Below are positions 63,460-64,000 of a stretch of DNA of 64,000 nt, piece by piece. This stretch comes from Veleropilina oligotropha (lineage: Eukaryota): positions 186,001-250,000 of the forward strand of contig JBEUKZ010000036.1 of the NCBI GenBank assembly GCA_048128005.1, in the 5' to 3' direction. Made by a program: the position numbers and the translations under genes. Under the pieces are notes generated by a model. That model was not told the origin of the DNA. It worked only from the letters and a program-made list of their open reading frames with translations, and did no database searches. Positions within the stretch are counted from its first letter, which is position 1. Each line of letters starts with the position of its first letter.

Positions 63460-64000
63460 TGCATCACAGATGAAACTCAAAACTGCTTCTCACCATTTGA
63501 CTGTGATAAAAAAGGTCTTAATATTACACACTTAAATGTATGTCATTTACTGCCTAAGTTTGACGAATTAGAATTCCAAATTACAAATCTTAATATAATG
63601 GAGCTATAATTGTATGTGTGTGTGTCTGTGTGTGTGTCTGTTTCAAGTTGAACTCCTCCCAGACGCTTTGACCTAGGACCTTCAAACTTTGGGGGGTTAA
63701 TCGGGGTCCCCCAAGGAAGGTTTACCACGAAAAAAATTCGGAAAATTCGGGAAAAAAAAAAAATATTTAAGGGAGCACTATCCAAAAAAAAAAAAAAAAA
63801 AAATTGGGGTGGGGGGACTTGCCCGGCGAAGACGGGTACCATAGCTAGTTCCTCTAATAAACCAAGTATTATAGGTTTTTCAGAAACTTTCCTGAATGAA
63901 AAGGTGTCAGATAATCAAGTAATAATTGAAAATTATAATATGATCAGAAAGGATAGAGTTGGTAAATTAGGAGGTGGTCTCATTGTTTATCTCCTTGACA
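63460..64000 (+). pseudogene. LINE ORF2 APE endonuclease N-terminus, interrupted by a Helitron
   Basis: KGLNITHLNVCHLLPKFDEL..ITN | SSNKPSIIGFSETFL...RKDRVGKLGGGLIVY is in frame after removing 63588-63848. Confidence 0.85.
63588..63848 (+). mobile_element. 261-bp non-autonomous Helitron
   Basis: A|TC...CTAG|T insertion without TSD; 3' hairpin cccg-gcgaaga-cggg; (GT)-rich microsatellite near the 5' end. Confidence 0.85.

Larger units (their letters stand above)
62700..64000 (+). mobile_element. CR1/L2-group LINE: ORF1 remnant and start of ORF2, running off the window end
   Basis: SGNH-esterase-like and zinc-knuckle ORF1 followed by APE endonuclease motifs. The left boundary is approximate. 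Confidence 0.8.

Overview
AT-rich eukaryotic genomic DNA, probably a marine invertebrate (inferred from the repeat types), made almost entirely of nested transposons. No intact host gene is recognisable. From left to right: (1) a >=1.39-kb foldback palindrome. (2) A decayed minus-strand Ty3/Gypsy element carrying two L2 LINE insertions and a solo-LTR-like insertion. (3) A full-length DIRS1-type tyrosine-recombinase retrotransposon (DIRS-A, 10445-17818). (4) A 16.33-kb tandem duplication whose breakpoint cuts DIRS-A. The unit 13981-30310 is repeated at 30311-53780 and is filled with Helentron-type non-autonomous (HINE/DINE-like) elements. (5) A second, related full-length DIRS (DIRS-B, 38989-46400) present in only one duplicate. 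(6) MITEs, a 31-bp minisatellite, possible spliced-gene remnants, and a CR1/L2-group LINE whose endonuclease is split by a small Helitron. Comparing the two DIRS families gives the most interesting signals: covarying RNA structures in both UTRs; gag in frame with the ~950-codon RT-overlapping recombinase frame across a single conserved UAG followed by a stem; U1-complementary motifs at the termini; and a young copy with a ruined gag but open RT/YR frames. Repeated TA>TACATGTA insertions look like Tc1/mariner excision footprints. All alignments were done by eye.
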